Shown in pieces: positions 44,501 to 56,314 of a stretch of DNA of 64,000 nt. Every line of letters starts with the position of its first letter. Position 1 is the stretch's first letter. The stretch spans positions 4,464,001 through 4,528,000 of the forward strand of contig CATNEN010000007.1 in assembly GCA_950097015.1 (NCBI GenBank), read 5' to 3'. This DNA is from Macrostomum hystrix (lineage: Eukaryota; Animalia; Platyhelminthes). A program made the position numbers and the translations under genes. The notes beneath the pieces were generated by a model. That model worked only from the letters and a program-made list of their open reading frames with translations, ran no database searches and was not told the origin of the DNA.

Positions 44501-47500
44501 CTATGGAATCTCTTCGAAATGGACAGCCTCGGTTTTTAAATGCCTGTCCCACTTGTTCGCCATTTGGTATCTGGGCAGGTTGCCATCTGCATTTACTCTG
44601 GACAACATGTTTCTCTAGCCTTCTGTTTGCCTGATGCGAATTCCTAGTATTATTCTATTTATTAGTGCTTCTGCTGCTTTCATATATATTTTTTTCCGAA
44701 GCAATTTAAGCGAAACTTATTGCAGACCCACGACTCCCTTCATCTTTCCTAAATTTAGTCGAAAATGCCAATTTTCTCTTATTGAGTTAGCGGCCTGAGG
44801 GGAGGGTCCTTGGGCCGGCCGTCAAGCTTATCTATCTGGCATTCGAGTGCCTCCTATTCACAGGAGCCACTCAAAGCTTGGCACACCTTTCTATTAGCCA
44901 GTGATTAGCGGTCTGACAGCTTATCTCTAGTACGGCCGATGATGAAATGTCGGCTTGGTTGCTGGGCAGAGTTGCTCACTCGTGCGTGCCCGAATCCAAG
45001 CAGGAAAATATGAAGCGATGGGATTTCATCCTGCGCCTATCCTGTCTACCAGTCTACAATATCCCAGCCCCTAAAGGCGGCTGTGATTGCGGTGGCGCAC
45101 GCATCGGCTAATCCGCTTTCCTGGAAACCGCAGGCTGCGGCAGGGGATCCGGTTGCAATTATTCTTGAGGATTTTTTCTGTCCGCTCGCTGATCGCCCAC
45201 CGGGTTGGATTCCCAGTTGGCGGTCGCTGGTGTGTTGTTTTATTTTTTCTTCTGATTCTCTGAGCTCTTCTTCATCTAGCAGCGGCTGGCTGCTCGATCC
45301 TCAGATTATGGAGACTTTTCTCCCAGAGAATTATGCATAATCCATGAGGCTCTTGTGGCTGGCTCGGACAGAACCCGGTTGCTGGGCCAAATTGAGGATC
45401 CAACAAGTTGAGAAACGGAGCAGAGGCTGCCAGCCATCGCCCTCATCGGTCAACAATTGCCGATGAATTATGGCGTCCGATGCTCCCCTGCAATCCCGCC
45501 CAGTCAGCCAGGACTTGGCACTCGGCCAAGTCAGTGTCAAATGCCTGCTGCCCCGTTGTCATATCCATCACCAGGCAACCCAGCATGCAATGTGACGCAG
45601 TTATTTTTTGTGCGGCAATTTCTTGGCCAGCTAGAAGATGCGGAACTATTTCTGGGAGCCGAGAGCTCAGGATTCGGAGGCCTAAATTCCCCCGAGCTAA
45701 TGGCAATTAGCTGGGTAGTCCGGCTCGCTTCTAGTAGCTCTAATTGCCATTAAGCCATTCGGCTCGCTCTCCTATTTTCCTCTCTCTTTCCTCCGCGACT
45801 CTCTCTTTGAATTTGTCATCCATCTCTGTGTGTGGGCGGCACACTTCTTCAGCGGAGCCTATCTATGGCCTTTTGCACTTCTCCTTTTTATACCAAATGA
45901 CTTGTTGCTTTTCTTCAGTTGATCCTGATACTCGGGATGCAATGAAAAAAAGAAATCAAGTTCTGCTAAGTTTGCTCTTTCGTGATCCACAATTTCGTAG
46001 TCCTTATTTTCTTAGTAAGGCAGCAGATAAGGACAGTTTCCCTCGCGGCGTCTGTCCCAGTTTTTGTGTCGGCTGCGTCTGCTCAGTGCAAAGTGAGTTT
46101 CTGTTAGCGGGCCTCGATTAATCCAATCCGCTGCAGCAGTCGAATTCTGAGTAGCTGCTCTCAGGTCAACTGCTAGCTGACTCCTTCATTGAATCACCGC
46201 TTGGGCTGAATTCAATGTTGGGTATGAAATCATTATATGCTTTTATTTATTATCGTAGGCTAAAGAGGACCATAATATATAAAAACGCATTTCATTCTAC
46301 CGCATCATGCCCTATCTAACAGCACCGCCCTTCCTGCACAGCACCCACCCCTCCTCCATTGCACCCACCCCTCCTCAATTGCACCCACCCCTCCTCCATT
46401 GCACCCAAACCTTCTCCATTGCACCCACCCCTCCTCCATTGCACCCACCCCTCCTCCATTGCACCCACCCCTCCTCCATTGCACCCACCCCTCCTCCATT
46501 GCACCCACCCCTCCTCCATTGCACCCAACCCTCCAAAGCACCCACCCCTCCTCTAGTGCACCCACCCTCCTCCACAGTACCGACCCTCCTTCATAGCACC
46601 AACCCTACAAAGCACCCACCCCTCCTCTACTGCACCCACCCCTCCTCCATTGCACCCACCCCTCCTCCATTGCACCCAACCCTCCTCCATTGCACCCACC
46701 CCTCCTCCATTGCACCCACCCCTCCTCCATTGCACCCACCCCTCCTCCATTGCACCCAACCCTCCAAAGCACCCACCCCTCCTCTAGTGCACCCACCCTC
46801 CTCCACAGTACCGACCCTCCTTCATAGCACCAACCCTACAAAGCACCCACCCCTCCTCTACTGCACCCACTCTCCTCCACAGTACCGACCCTCCTTCATA
46901 GCACCAACCCTACAAAGCACCCACCCCTCCTCTAGTGCACCCACCCGTCCTCTAAAGCACCCAGCCCTCCTCCAGCCAGTCAGCACCCACCCCTCCTTTG
47001 CAGCTGCTTTCTATGAACCAATCAGCATTTAACTGTCCTCCAAGGGGACAGGAGGAATCAATTGTTTATATTCTTCCTTACTTTAAGTAAAGTACCGTAC
47101 TTTCTTCCGCCTACTCCTCCGCAGTCCACGGCAGGCGGCGCCTCCCGGTCAGAGCCGTCCAACTCAGTGCGCCGTGCGGGCAGCGCCAGCGGCTCAGCGG
47201 CCACCGCAGCCGGCGCCGTTGCCTCCACTGCTGCGGCGTCGGCAGGCGGTGACGGCAGCGTCGCCAAAATTGATCCTCGCAAAACTGTACGTGGTTTTCC
47301 CAAGTAAGCCTTTTTAAAATGAAAGTAGTCTAAGAAAATAGCAGCAAAATTTAAAAACTAAAAAGAGGTTTTGGCCTTGCTTGCGTCAGCCTACGCTATT
47401 TCCCGTAATAAAGTCTCCGCGTTGAAATGCTTGGCCAGATAGCATTCCACTTTACCATACTGTTGAAACAAGCCTGCTTGTAATTTACCCCAGTTTTTTA

Positions 47501-50500
47501 TGAAAGAATGTACAGACTTAACTGCCCGCTACTCTTTAATCTCACCTGTTTCCTCATTCTCTTCCCCTTTTCCAATGCCTCGGGACTCGGTAAAAAATAA
47601 TGGACAGGCATTTAGCGATCCCAAGAAGCGCAAGTACCTCTTGCCGCCAAAGTGTGACAGGTATTCATCAAGTCCGACTGCGTGTGCGCTTGTAACATTC
47701 CTCCAAATTTCCTCCGTTATTATAGTCGATTATATTAGTTTTCTTAACGCGTGCGTTTCCTACTGATTTGTTTGTTGTGATTTTTGTTGATGAAGAAACG
47801 AAGAAACTATGCCTTAAATTACCCCACCCTGAGGCCACTATTGTTGTTGGCTTTCTTTAGGCTGGGTAATGAATAGGGTAGTGTGGTAATGTGGTAGCAG
47901 ATGGGGTAGTTTTTTACTGGGGTAAGTAGATTGGGTAGTGTATCACTAGGGTAGTGGAGGGTGGGGTTTTACTGAGATAGTGGATGGGGTGAGGTTTTAC
48001 TGGGGTAGTGAATGGGGGGGTGGGGTTTTACTGGGGTAGTGAATACGGGGTGGGGTTTTACTGGGTAGTAAATGGGGGGTGGGGTTTTACTGGGGTAGTA
48101 AATGGGGGTGGGGTTTTACTGGGTAGTGAATGGGGGGTGGGGTTTTACTGGGTAGTAAATGGGGGGTGGGGTTTTACTGGGGTAGTAAATGGGGGGGTGG
48201 GGTTTTACTGGGGTAGTGAATGGGGGTGGGGTTTTACTGGGGTAGTGAATGGGGTGGGGTTTTACTGGGGTAGTGAATGGGTGGGGTTTTACTGGGGTAG
48301 TAAATGGGGGTGGGGTTTTACTGGGGTAGTGAATGGGGGAGGTTTTACTGGGGTAGTGAATGGGGGTGGGGTTTTACTGGGGTAGTGAATGGGGGTCGGG
48401 TTTTGCTGGGGTAGTGAATGGGGTGAGGATTTATTGGGGTTGAGGATGGGGTAGTGTGTCACTGGGTGCTGGTTGCCATGGGTGTTACACTAGAAATATT
48501 TTCTAGAATCTAGGAGTAAGTCAACTAACAATGTGGCTGGACTATTGCAGTTGCAGCTAGTTCGTTTAGAGTAGGGACTGCATTTTCAAGTGTCCTGTTG
48601 AGACGTGATGAAATTGTAAAATTGGACCAACTGAAGGCAGCGTCATGATCATTTATTTTATTGTCCTCACACGCACTTACTTCTACTTTTTTTCTTCAAG
48701 CCAAGCAGATTTTAGTCATTTACGAACATGTTTACGAAGCACAATGCGCATAGCTTCCTACTAACAATAGAGTGTCGTGCGTGTCTAGTGCTTTTCTCTA
48801 AGTTTTTTTCTTATTTGTCACTTTTTCATTTTTTGTCTTAGTTGCACAAGTTACACAAAAACACAATATGGCTTTAGTCTGTTTCTAATAGCAACGGCAA
48901 AGATAAGTGTGTTGTCAGCCAGTTGCTGATTGTTATCGACGCATTGTAAGTGTCCCGTGCCTAGTAGCTCTTTGGAAAGTCGATTTGTCATAGTCTAACC
49001 GTGATTCTAAAAATATAAATTTTTTATTTGCTTTAAGGGTGCCCGGCATCAAGGACTTTCTTGTTATAGACGAGCCGCTCGATGTGAAAGACCAGGAGAT
49101 GATCAGCATTGTGGTGAGTTGACTGGCATTGTGAGTTTTTCTTTGACAGTCAGATTTCTCTGGCATTCTGAATTGTCTGACAGTCAAAATTGTCTGACAG
49201 TTCTGATTCTCTGACAGTTCTGATTCTCTGACAGTTCTGATTCTCTGACAGTTTTAATTCTCTGACAGTTCTGATTATCTGACAGTTCTGATTCCCTGAC
49301 AGTTTTAATTCTCTGACAGTTCTGATTCTCTGACAGTTTTAATTCTCTGACAGTTCTGATTCTCTGACAGTTCTGATTCTCTGACAGTTTTAATTCTCTG
49401 ACAGTTCTGATTATCTGACAGTTCTGATTATCTGACAGTTCTGATTCTCTGACAGTTCTGATTCTCTGACAGTTTTAATTCTCTGACAGTTCTGATTCTC
49501 TGACAGTTTTAATTCTCTGACAGTTCTGATTCTCTGACAGTTCTGATTCTCTGACAGTTCTGATTATCTGACAGTTCTGATTCCCTGACAGTTTTAATTC
49601 TCTGACAGTTCTGATTCCCTGACAGTTTTAATTCTCTGACAGTTCTGATTCTCTGACAGTTTTAATTCTCTGACAGTTCTGATTCTCTGACAGTTCTGAT
49701 TCTCTGACAGTTCTGATTATCTGACAGTTCTGATTCCCTGACAGTTTTAATTCTCTGACAGTTCTGATTCCCTGACAGTTTTAATTCTCTGACAGTTCTG
49801 ATTCTCTGACAGTTTTAATTCTCTGACAGTTCTGATTCTCTGACAGTTCTGATTCTCTGACAGTTCTGATTCTCTGACAGTTCTGATTCTCTGACAGTTC
49901 TGATTATCTGACAGTTCTGATTCTCTGACAGTTCTGATTCCCTGACAGTTTTAATTCTCTGACAGTTCTGATTCTCTGACAGTTTTAATTCTCTGACAGT
50001 TCTGATTCTCTGACAGTTCTGATTCTCTGACAGTTCTGATTCTCTGACAGTTCTGATTATCTGACAGTTCTGATTCTCTGACAGTTCTGATTCTCTGACA
50101 GTTTTAATTCTCTGACAGTTCTGATTCTCTGACAGTTTTAATTCTCTGACAGTTTTAATACTCTGACAGTTTTAATTCTCTGACAGTTTTAATTCTCTGA
50201 CAGTTCTGATTCTCTGACAGTTTTAATTCTCTGACAGTTCTGATTCTCTGACAGTTTTAATTCTCTGACAGTTCTGATTCCCTGACAGTTCTGATTCTCT
50301 GACAGTTTTAATTCTCTGACAGTTCTGATTATCTGACAGTTTTAATTCTCTGACAGTTCTGATTCTCTGACAGTCAGAATTGTGGACAGTGACGATTCTC
50401 AGACAGTGACAATTCTCTGACAGTGACAATTCTCTGACAGTGACAATTCTCTGACAGTGACAATTCTCTGACAGTGACAATTCTCTGACAGTGACAATTC

Positions 50501-53424
50501 TCTGAAAGTGACAATTCTCTGACAGTGACAATTCTCTGACAGTGACAATTCTCTGACAGTGACAATTCTCTGACAGTGACAATTCTCTGACAGTGACAAT
50601 TCTCTGACAGTGACAATTCTCTGAAAGTGACAATTCTCTGACAGTGACAATTCTCTGACAGTGACAATTCTCTGACAGTGACAATTCTCTGACAGTGACA
50701 ACTGTCTTAACGGTCAAGTTTCTCTGACGGCCAGAACCAGTCGACTCAATCACCCTCCCCAGATGGATGGTGACGAGTTCATCTGGGAGCCGTCGTCCTG
50801 CACTTTCGTCTGCACCATCACCAACCCCAGCAAAGAGAGCAAGATGCGCGGCCTGAAGAGCTACATTGCCTACCACATCAGCACTTCGGTAGGGCCCGCT
50901 TCGCTTTACTAATCAGTAGCATTGTGCGTGTGTTTTGTATTGCAGCCCGGACTTTGGAACTGTCTTATTCTATTCCGCAGGCCAACCCGAAGCTTGTTGT
51001 TAGCAGGCGCTACAAACACTTCGACTGGCTGCACAAGCAGCTCACATTTAAATTTCCCTGCGTTGCTGTGCCGCCACTTCCAGACAAGCAGATTGCCGGT
51101 GAGTTTACCACTGAGTATTACACGATGTTATAATTTTACAATTTTATATTACACAAAATTACAACAGTTTACATTCTATGGTAATATTCTGGGTGTTTAC
51201 CTGAGTTTACCTCATATTTCTTCTTATATTATCTTTACACAATATTTACCCTTTATTGCCATCTGCTTATCCTACCCAGGTTACCCCAACCCAGGCTACC
51301 CCAACCCAGGCTACCCCAACCCAGGTTACCCCAACCCAGGCTACCCCAACCCAGGCTACCCAAACCCAGGCTACCCCAACCCAGGTTACCCCAACCCAGG
51401 CTACCCCAACCCAGGTTACCCCCACCCAGGTTTTACCCCAACCCAGGCTACCCCAACCCAGGTTACCCCAACCCAGGTTACCCCCACCCAGGTTTTACCC
51501 CAACCCAGGCTACCTCAACCCAGGCTACCCCAACCCAGGTTACCCCCACCCAGGTTTTACCCCAACCCAGGCTACCCCAACCCAGGCTACCCCAACCCAG
51601 GCTACCCAAACCCAGGCTACCCCAACCCAGGTTACCCCCACCCAGGTTTTACCCCAACCCAGGCTACCCCAACCCAGGCTACCCCAACCCAGGCTACCCC
51701 AACCTAGGCTACCCCAACCCAGGCTACCCCAACCCAGGTTACCCCCAGTGCTCATACGCAGCAGCTGTTGCGCAACCCTCAGGCCGGTACGAGGAGAACT
51801 TTATCAACACCCGGATGCGGCAGCTGCAGGCCTGGACCAACCGCATGGCGCAGCACCCGGTGGTCGGGCCCTCGCTGGTGTTCCAGCACTTTGTCACCTG
51901 CGCCGACGACAGCAGGCGCTGGAAGGAGGGCAAGCGCCGGGCTGAGCAGGACAAGCTGAGCAAGGGCGCCATCTTTCACGCCATTCGGGCGCCGCGCACC
52001 GCCGACTGGCCGGCTGTGGAACGATTCACCGACGAGATGGACAACTTCGTGTCCGAGATGGACTGTTCGGCCAAGTACGCCATGGACACAATGCTCAGCC
52101 ACGCCAAGAAGTGCGAGAACAATGTGCAGAAGGAGTTCAACAGGGTGGCCGATGCTTTCACCTGTCTGGACAAGGCCCTGTCTGTTGTGCCCAAGAGAAG
52201 TGAGCGATGGATTGAAAAATAGTGCCTTTGCATTGATTTGCAGAGTCGATCAGTCTGTTTAAAGCATCGATCAGTCTGTTTATAGTATCGATCAGTCTGT
52301 TTATAGTATCGATCAGTCTGTTTATAGTATCGATCAGTCTGTTTTTAGTATAGATCAGTCTGTTTATAGTATCGATCAGTCTGTTTATAGTATCGATCAG
52401 TCTGTTTATAGTATCGATCAGTCTGTTTATAGTATCGATCAGTCTGTTTATAGTATCGATCAGTCTGTTTATAGCATCAATCAGTCAGTTTATGGGGAGT
52501 TAGTGAATCTGTTTCCTGGGTTTAGCAAATCACCTACACGGCAGTTTATTCGCCAATCGCAGGATTCGACAACCTGTCCCGCGCAATGAAGGTGACAGCC
52601 AAGGCCTATCATGAGGTGGCGGGCCTGTGGGCCAGCCAGCCCCAGCGGGACATTGAACCGCTGGTTGAGCAGCTGCATGAGTACACCGGCCTGCTCTCCT
52701 GCCTGCCTGGCCTCGTTGGCATCGAGCGCGGCGCCATTCAGACGGTGCGCGAGTGTCAGCGCAATGTCACGGAGAGCCGCATGAGCCCGGAGGAGGCTCA
52801 GGCCACCATCCTGCGTGCCGGTGTCATCAGCGCCGCCCAGTGCGCCGAGATCAACTATATGCAGCGGCGAATGGACGCCGACTTCCAGGCCATGATGCAG
52901 ACCTACCTGAAGGAGCAGATGCGCTTTCATCAGGAGGTGAGCGGCTTCTGCTGCGCACTGGAGATCCTGGGATTTCAGTGGAGACTTTGAGATTTCAGTG
53001 GAGACTTTGGGATTTCAGTGGAGACTTTGGGATTTCAGTGGAGACTTTGGGATTTCAGTGGAGACTTTGGGATTTCAGTGGAGACTTTGGGATTTCAGTG
53101 GAGGCTCTGGGATTTCAGTGGAGACTTTGGGATTTCAGTGGAGGCTTTGGGATTTCAGTGAAGACTTTGGGATTTCAGTGGAGGCTCTGGGATTTCAGTG
53201 GAGGCTGTCAGATTTCAGTGGAGACTTTGGGATTCTAGGGGTTTCCGTTGAGATTCTAGGTTTGACATTCTGGGGTGTCAGTGGAGACACTGGGGTGTCA
53301 GTGGAGACACTGGGGTGTCAGTGGAGACTGGGGTGACACCGGAGCGGCTTTGTCCAAGGCCCCGCAAACTCTGTTGCAGATATCTAACAAGCTGCAGCAG
53401 GCGCTGAACGCATTCTCCTACTGA
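38510..53424 (+). CDS. SNX9/18/33: SH3-PX-BAR sorting nexin (SNX9/SNX18/SNX33, SH3PX1 orthology group), about 613 aa core
   Basis: Exons 38510-38524 (MNLAK), 39394-39477, 39564-39953, 47125-47303, 49038-49113, 50763-50888, 50981-51098, 51783-52199, 52545-52936, 53380-53424, phase-consistent. SH3 AVVLYDF...ELTI...GWW...GYVP; [14 protein letters not shown]...RRYKHFDWL...PPLPDKQ; BAR ...AEINYMQ...[14 protein letters not shown]. Two optional exons are listed under findings. Confidence 0.92.
39985..40275. repeat. Degenerate repeat of about 44 bp (GGGAGTTCCTG...GTAAACAGTGGGAAATCCCATTGGTAAACAA), SNX intron 3
   Basis: Six to seven diverged units. Confidence 0.75.
41150..42860. repeat. 17-bp satellite (CTGTCT[C/T]ATCTCT[T/C]CCC), about 100 copies, SNX intron
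   Basis: Direct periodicity; preceded at 41098 by a TIR-like CAGCGGTCGACTAC. Confidence 0.97.
43610..44290. repeat. (CTAC)/(CTAT) low-complexity region including four copies of a 35-bp unit
   Basis: Direct periodicity. Confidence 0.92.
46335..46995. repeat. 20-bp C-rich array (GCACCCACCCCTCCTCCATT) with a higher-order duplication
   Basis: Direct periodicity; the composite block from about 46520 recurs from about 46760. Confidence 0.93.
47915..48445. repeat. G-rich array of about 28-30 bp (GGGGTAGTGAATGGGGGTGGGGTTTTACT)
   Basis: Direct periodicity with variable G-run lengths. Confidence 0.93.
49165..50700. repeat. Bipartite 17-bp satellite: CTGACAGTT[C/T]T[G/A]ATTCT (to about 50372), then CTGACAGTGACAATTCT (about 50385-50700)
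   Basis: Fills nearly all of SNX intron 49114-50762. Confidence 0.97.
51272..51747. repeat. 15-bp array (CCCCAACCCAGGCTA), SNX intron
   Basis: Direct periodicity. Confidence 0.96.
52245..52488. repeat. 21-bp array (ATCGATCAGTCTGTTTATAGT), SNX intron
   Basis: Direct periodicity, about 11 copies. Confidence 0.96.
52964..53338. repeat. 20-bp array (GGAGACTTTGGGATTTCAGT) grading into GGAGACACTGGGGTGTCAGT, last SNX intron
   Basis: Direct periodicity. Confidence 0.95.
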
Positions 53425-53449
53425 GCCGCCCTCCCCCGGTCAGCACTGC

Positions 53450-53655
53450 TCACACAGACTCACACACACTCACACTCACACACACTCACACACACACACA
53501 GACTCACACACACTCACACTCACACACACTCACACACACACACAGACTCACACACACTCACACTCACACACACTCATACACACACACACACTCACACACA
53601 CTCACACACACACACACACACACTCACACACACACTCACACACTCACACACACAC

Positions 53656-53689
<34 letters not shown>

Positions 53690-53760
53690 ACACACACTCA
53701 CACACACACTCACACACACTCACACTCACACACTCACACACACACACACACTCACACACA
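53450..53760. repeat. (CA)n/(CACACT)n microsatellite in the SNX 3' UTR region
   Basis: Direct periodicity. Confidence 0.97.
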
Positions 53761-54360
53761 CCTGTCAATACGCAAGATTTATTGTTTTTATTGTTACTGT
53801 ACAGTGCATGCGCTACAGCACAGATTTGATATTGATTTGTAGAAAGTGCTGAATTGATTTTATTTGACAATAATGACCGCCTGCACTATATGTTCAGCCT
53901 AGTCGACCTCAAAATATTGTTGTCTGCTTTTGCAGATCAAAATCTGCGTGCTTTTTTAAACCGGGTCTAATTTAGCATCGACAGGCTTCTTTTCTGTTAG
54001 TTTTTTAAGATTCTCCCGTGGGCAGTTTTTTTTCTTTTAGATGTTGCTTTGCTTTGATTCTCGCACCCGACCGCGAGTTTCCAGTGCGGCTTCAAGCCGC
54101 TGGACCTCTCGACCGTGATCCTCGAATTTCCGGGACTGCCAGTCTTCCTGGAATTGCAGGCACCCGGCTGCAAGTATTCTGCTGTACTGTGTAACATTAT
54201 TAAGGGGTGTTGGAATGTCTTGCAGTTTTTTGCTTTGCATTATTTGAGTCTCGATAACACTGTCGCATTATTGCAGCTAAATGCTTTTCTTTTTATTCAT
54301 CGTTTTGCGTCAATTAAAATAGCTTTAGTGTGATACTAAGTTCTCGTAGATTCTGAGATC

Positions 54361-54550
54361 GACGAGCCAGCCAATCCGGTTCAAGGAGTGGGGTTGACTT
54401 GCTGCGAGCCAGCCAATCCGGTTCAAGGAGTGGGGTTGAATAGCTGCGAGCCAGCCAATCCGGTTCAAGGAGTGGGGTTGACTTGCTGCGAGCCAGCCAA
54501 TCCGGTTCAAGGAGTGGAGTTGATTTGCTGTGAGCTGAGCCACCAATCCG
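54361..54550. repeat. 42-bp array (GAGCCAGCCAATCCGGTTCAAGGAGTGGGGTTGACTTGCTGC), about 4.5 copies, one CCAAT per unit
   Basis: Direct periodicity. Confidence 0.92.
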
Positions 54551-54967
54551 GTTTGAATAGGGAGATTGGCGAACCGTGTGAGCAAGCCAATAAGATTTAA
54601 GGATTGGGGTCAGCTTATGGGATTTAAAGATAAAATCAAGCCGATTAAATGGGTCTTTCGTATGAGTTAAAAAACACTTTTTATTTATTAGGCTGTGACA
54701 GGCCAGTAACACGCGCGTGTTGTCACCGTTGTGCACCCACATGTTTGTTACATCAGGTACAAAAGTTGAAGAAATCTCTTTTAGACTGCTTTTTTACTCG
54801 TTATTTTTTGCTTTCCTGCATCACACTCATCGCTCTCTTGTGTAAGTTAACTTAATCGCAATACAAATGTAAGTAGACTTGGCAATACTAAGCTTATAAA
54901 CGCTTAACGAACTTTTCTAAGCTCAATAGAGAATTCTCAAATTAAGTCTTATTTGCTGTTTTATCGA

Positions 54968-55742
54968 CTAGCATGTGAAGCAGGCAGCTGTCAGGTGTGA
55001 GTTGCCGCAGCTAGCATGTGAAGCAGGCAGCTGTGAGGTGTGAGTTGCCGCAGCTAGCATGTGAAGCAGGCAGCTGTGAGGTGTGAGTTGCCGCAGCTAG
55101 CAGGTGAAGCAGGCAGCTGTGAGGTGTGAGTTGCCGCAGCTAGCAGGTGAAGCAGGCAGCTGTGAGGTGTGAGTTGCCGCAGCTAGCAGGTGAAGCAGGC
55201 AGCTGTGAGGTGTGAGTTGCCGCAGCTAGCATGTGAAGCAGGCAGCTGTCAGGTGTGAGTTGCCGCAGCTAGCATGTGAAGCAGGCAGCTGTCAGGTGTG
55301 AGTTGCCGCAGCTAGCATGTGAAGCAGGCAGCTGTCAGGTGTGAGTTGCCGCAGCTAGCATGTGAAGCAGGCAGCTGTCAGGTGTGAGTTGCCGCAGCTA
55401 GCATGTGAAGCAGGCAGCTGTCAGGTGTGAGTTGCCGCAGCTAGCATGTGAAGCAGGCAGCTGTCAGGTGTGAGTTGCCGCAGCTAGCATGTGAAGCAGG
55501 CAGCTGTCAGGTGTGAGTTGCCGCAGCTAGCATGTGAAGCAGGCAGCTGTCAGGTGTGAGTTGCCGCAGCTAGCATGTGAAGCAGGCAGCTGTCAGGTGT
55601 GAGTTGCCGCAGCTAGCATGTGAAGCAGGCAGCTGTCAGGTGTGAGTTGCCGCAGCTAGCATGTGAAGCAGGCAGCTGTCAGGTGTGAGTTGCCGCAGCT
55701 AGCATGTGAAGCAGGCAGCTGTGAGGTGAGTCGCCGCAGCTA
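54968..55742. repeat. 43-bp array (CTAGCATGTGAAGCAGGCAGCTGTCAGGTGTGAGTTGCCGCAG), about 18 copies
   Basis: Near-identical head-to-tail units with no spacers. Confidence 0.98.
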
Positions 55743-55890
55743 GGTCGGGGGTTTGAATCCCGACTTCTAAGGAACAACTTGTGTTCTGTTTAGCTAGACA
55801 CTTGACTGTGCATTGCTTAAGTTTACCCAGCTGTTAGATGGGTACTAGCATTGGCTGTGGTAGTTGTCCCCAGTCCATGGACTGAACTTT
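55740..55890 (+). mobile_element. SINE family A copy (B-box, CORE/Meta-like domain, 3' palindrome); 5' half replaced by the 43-bp array
   Basis: AGGTCGGGGGTTTGAATCCC, then CCCAGCTGTTAGATGGGTACTAGCAT and CCCCAGTCCATGGACTGAAC, colinear with the 15520-15742 copy. Confidence 0.75.
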
Positions 55891-56314
55891 GGACAGCCGA
55901 ACGCAGCCTTGTGGCCCAAAATTGGCCCAATAGGCACAATTGATTTTGATAGTGACTTGAGAATAGCGACACTTGTCTGCGAGAGGCTCCGGTCAGTCCT
56001 GTCCTACTGCTCAAATTTGATGTTTACTGACACCTTCGAAAATAGTTTCTATACTCTTCATCGCGCAGATGCAGCCGGTCGCACTGCGTCCACCACAGTG
56101 AGAAGCCTCACCGAGACTGCCGCCCGCTGGGAGCTTTGGGGACTCCTCCGTTAAACCATAAATCTGCCATGGATGCATTGACACTTTTGTGGCTTCTTAA
56201 AAACTTCAAAGGCAACATTAGAAGCCACTGCGAATTCCGGATTTGGGAATGCAGTTTGATGTTTCACGATGATATAAATAACAGGAATAGCTTTTTGCCA
56301 ATGTGCCTGAGCTT

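Noticed and set aside
47915-48445. GGGGTTTT motifs as telomeric repeats
   Set aside because: They are embedded in a longer 28-30-bp unit within an intron and are not TTAGGG-type arrays.
54968-55742. 43-bp and 26-bp arrays as CRISPR-like repeats
   Set aside because: The units are head-to-tail with no unique spacers, there are no cas genes, and the context is eukaryotic.
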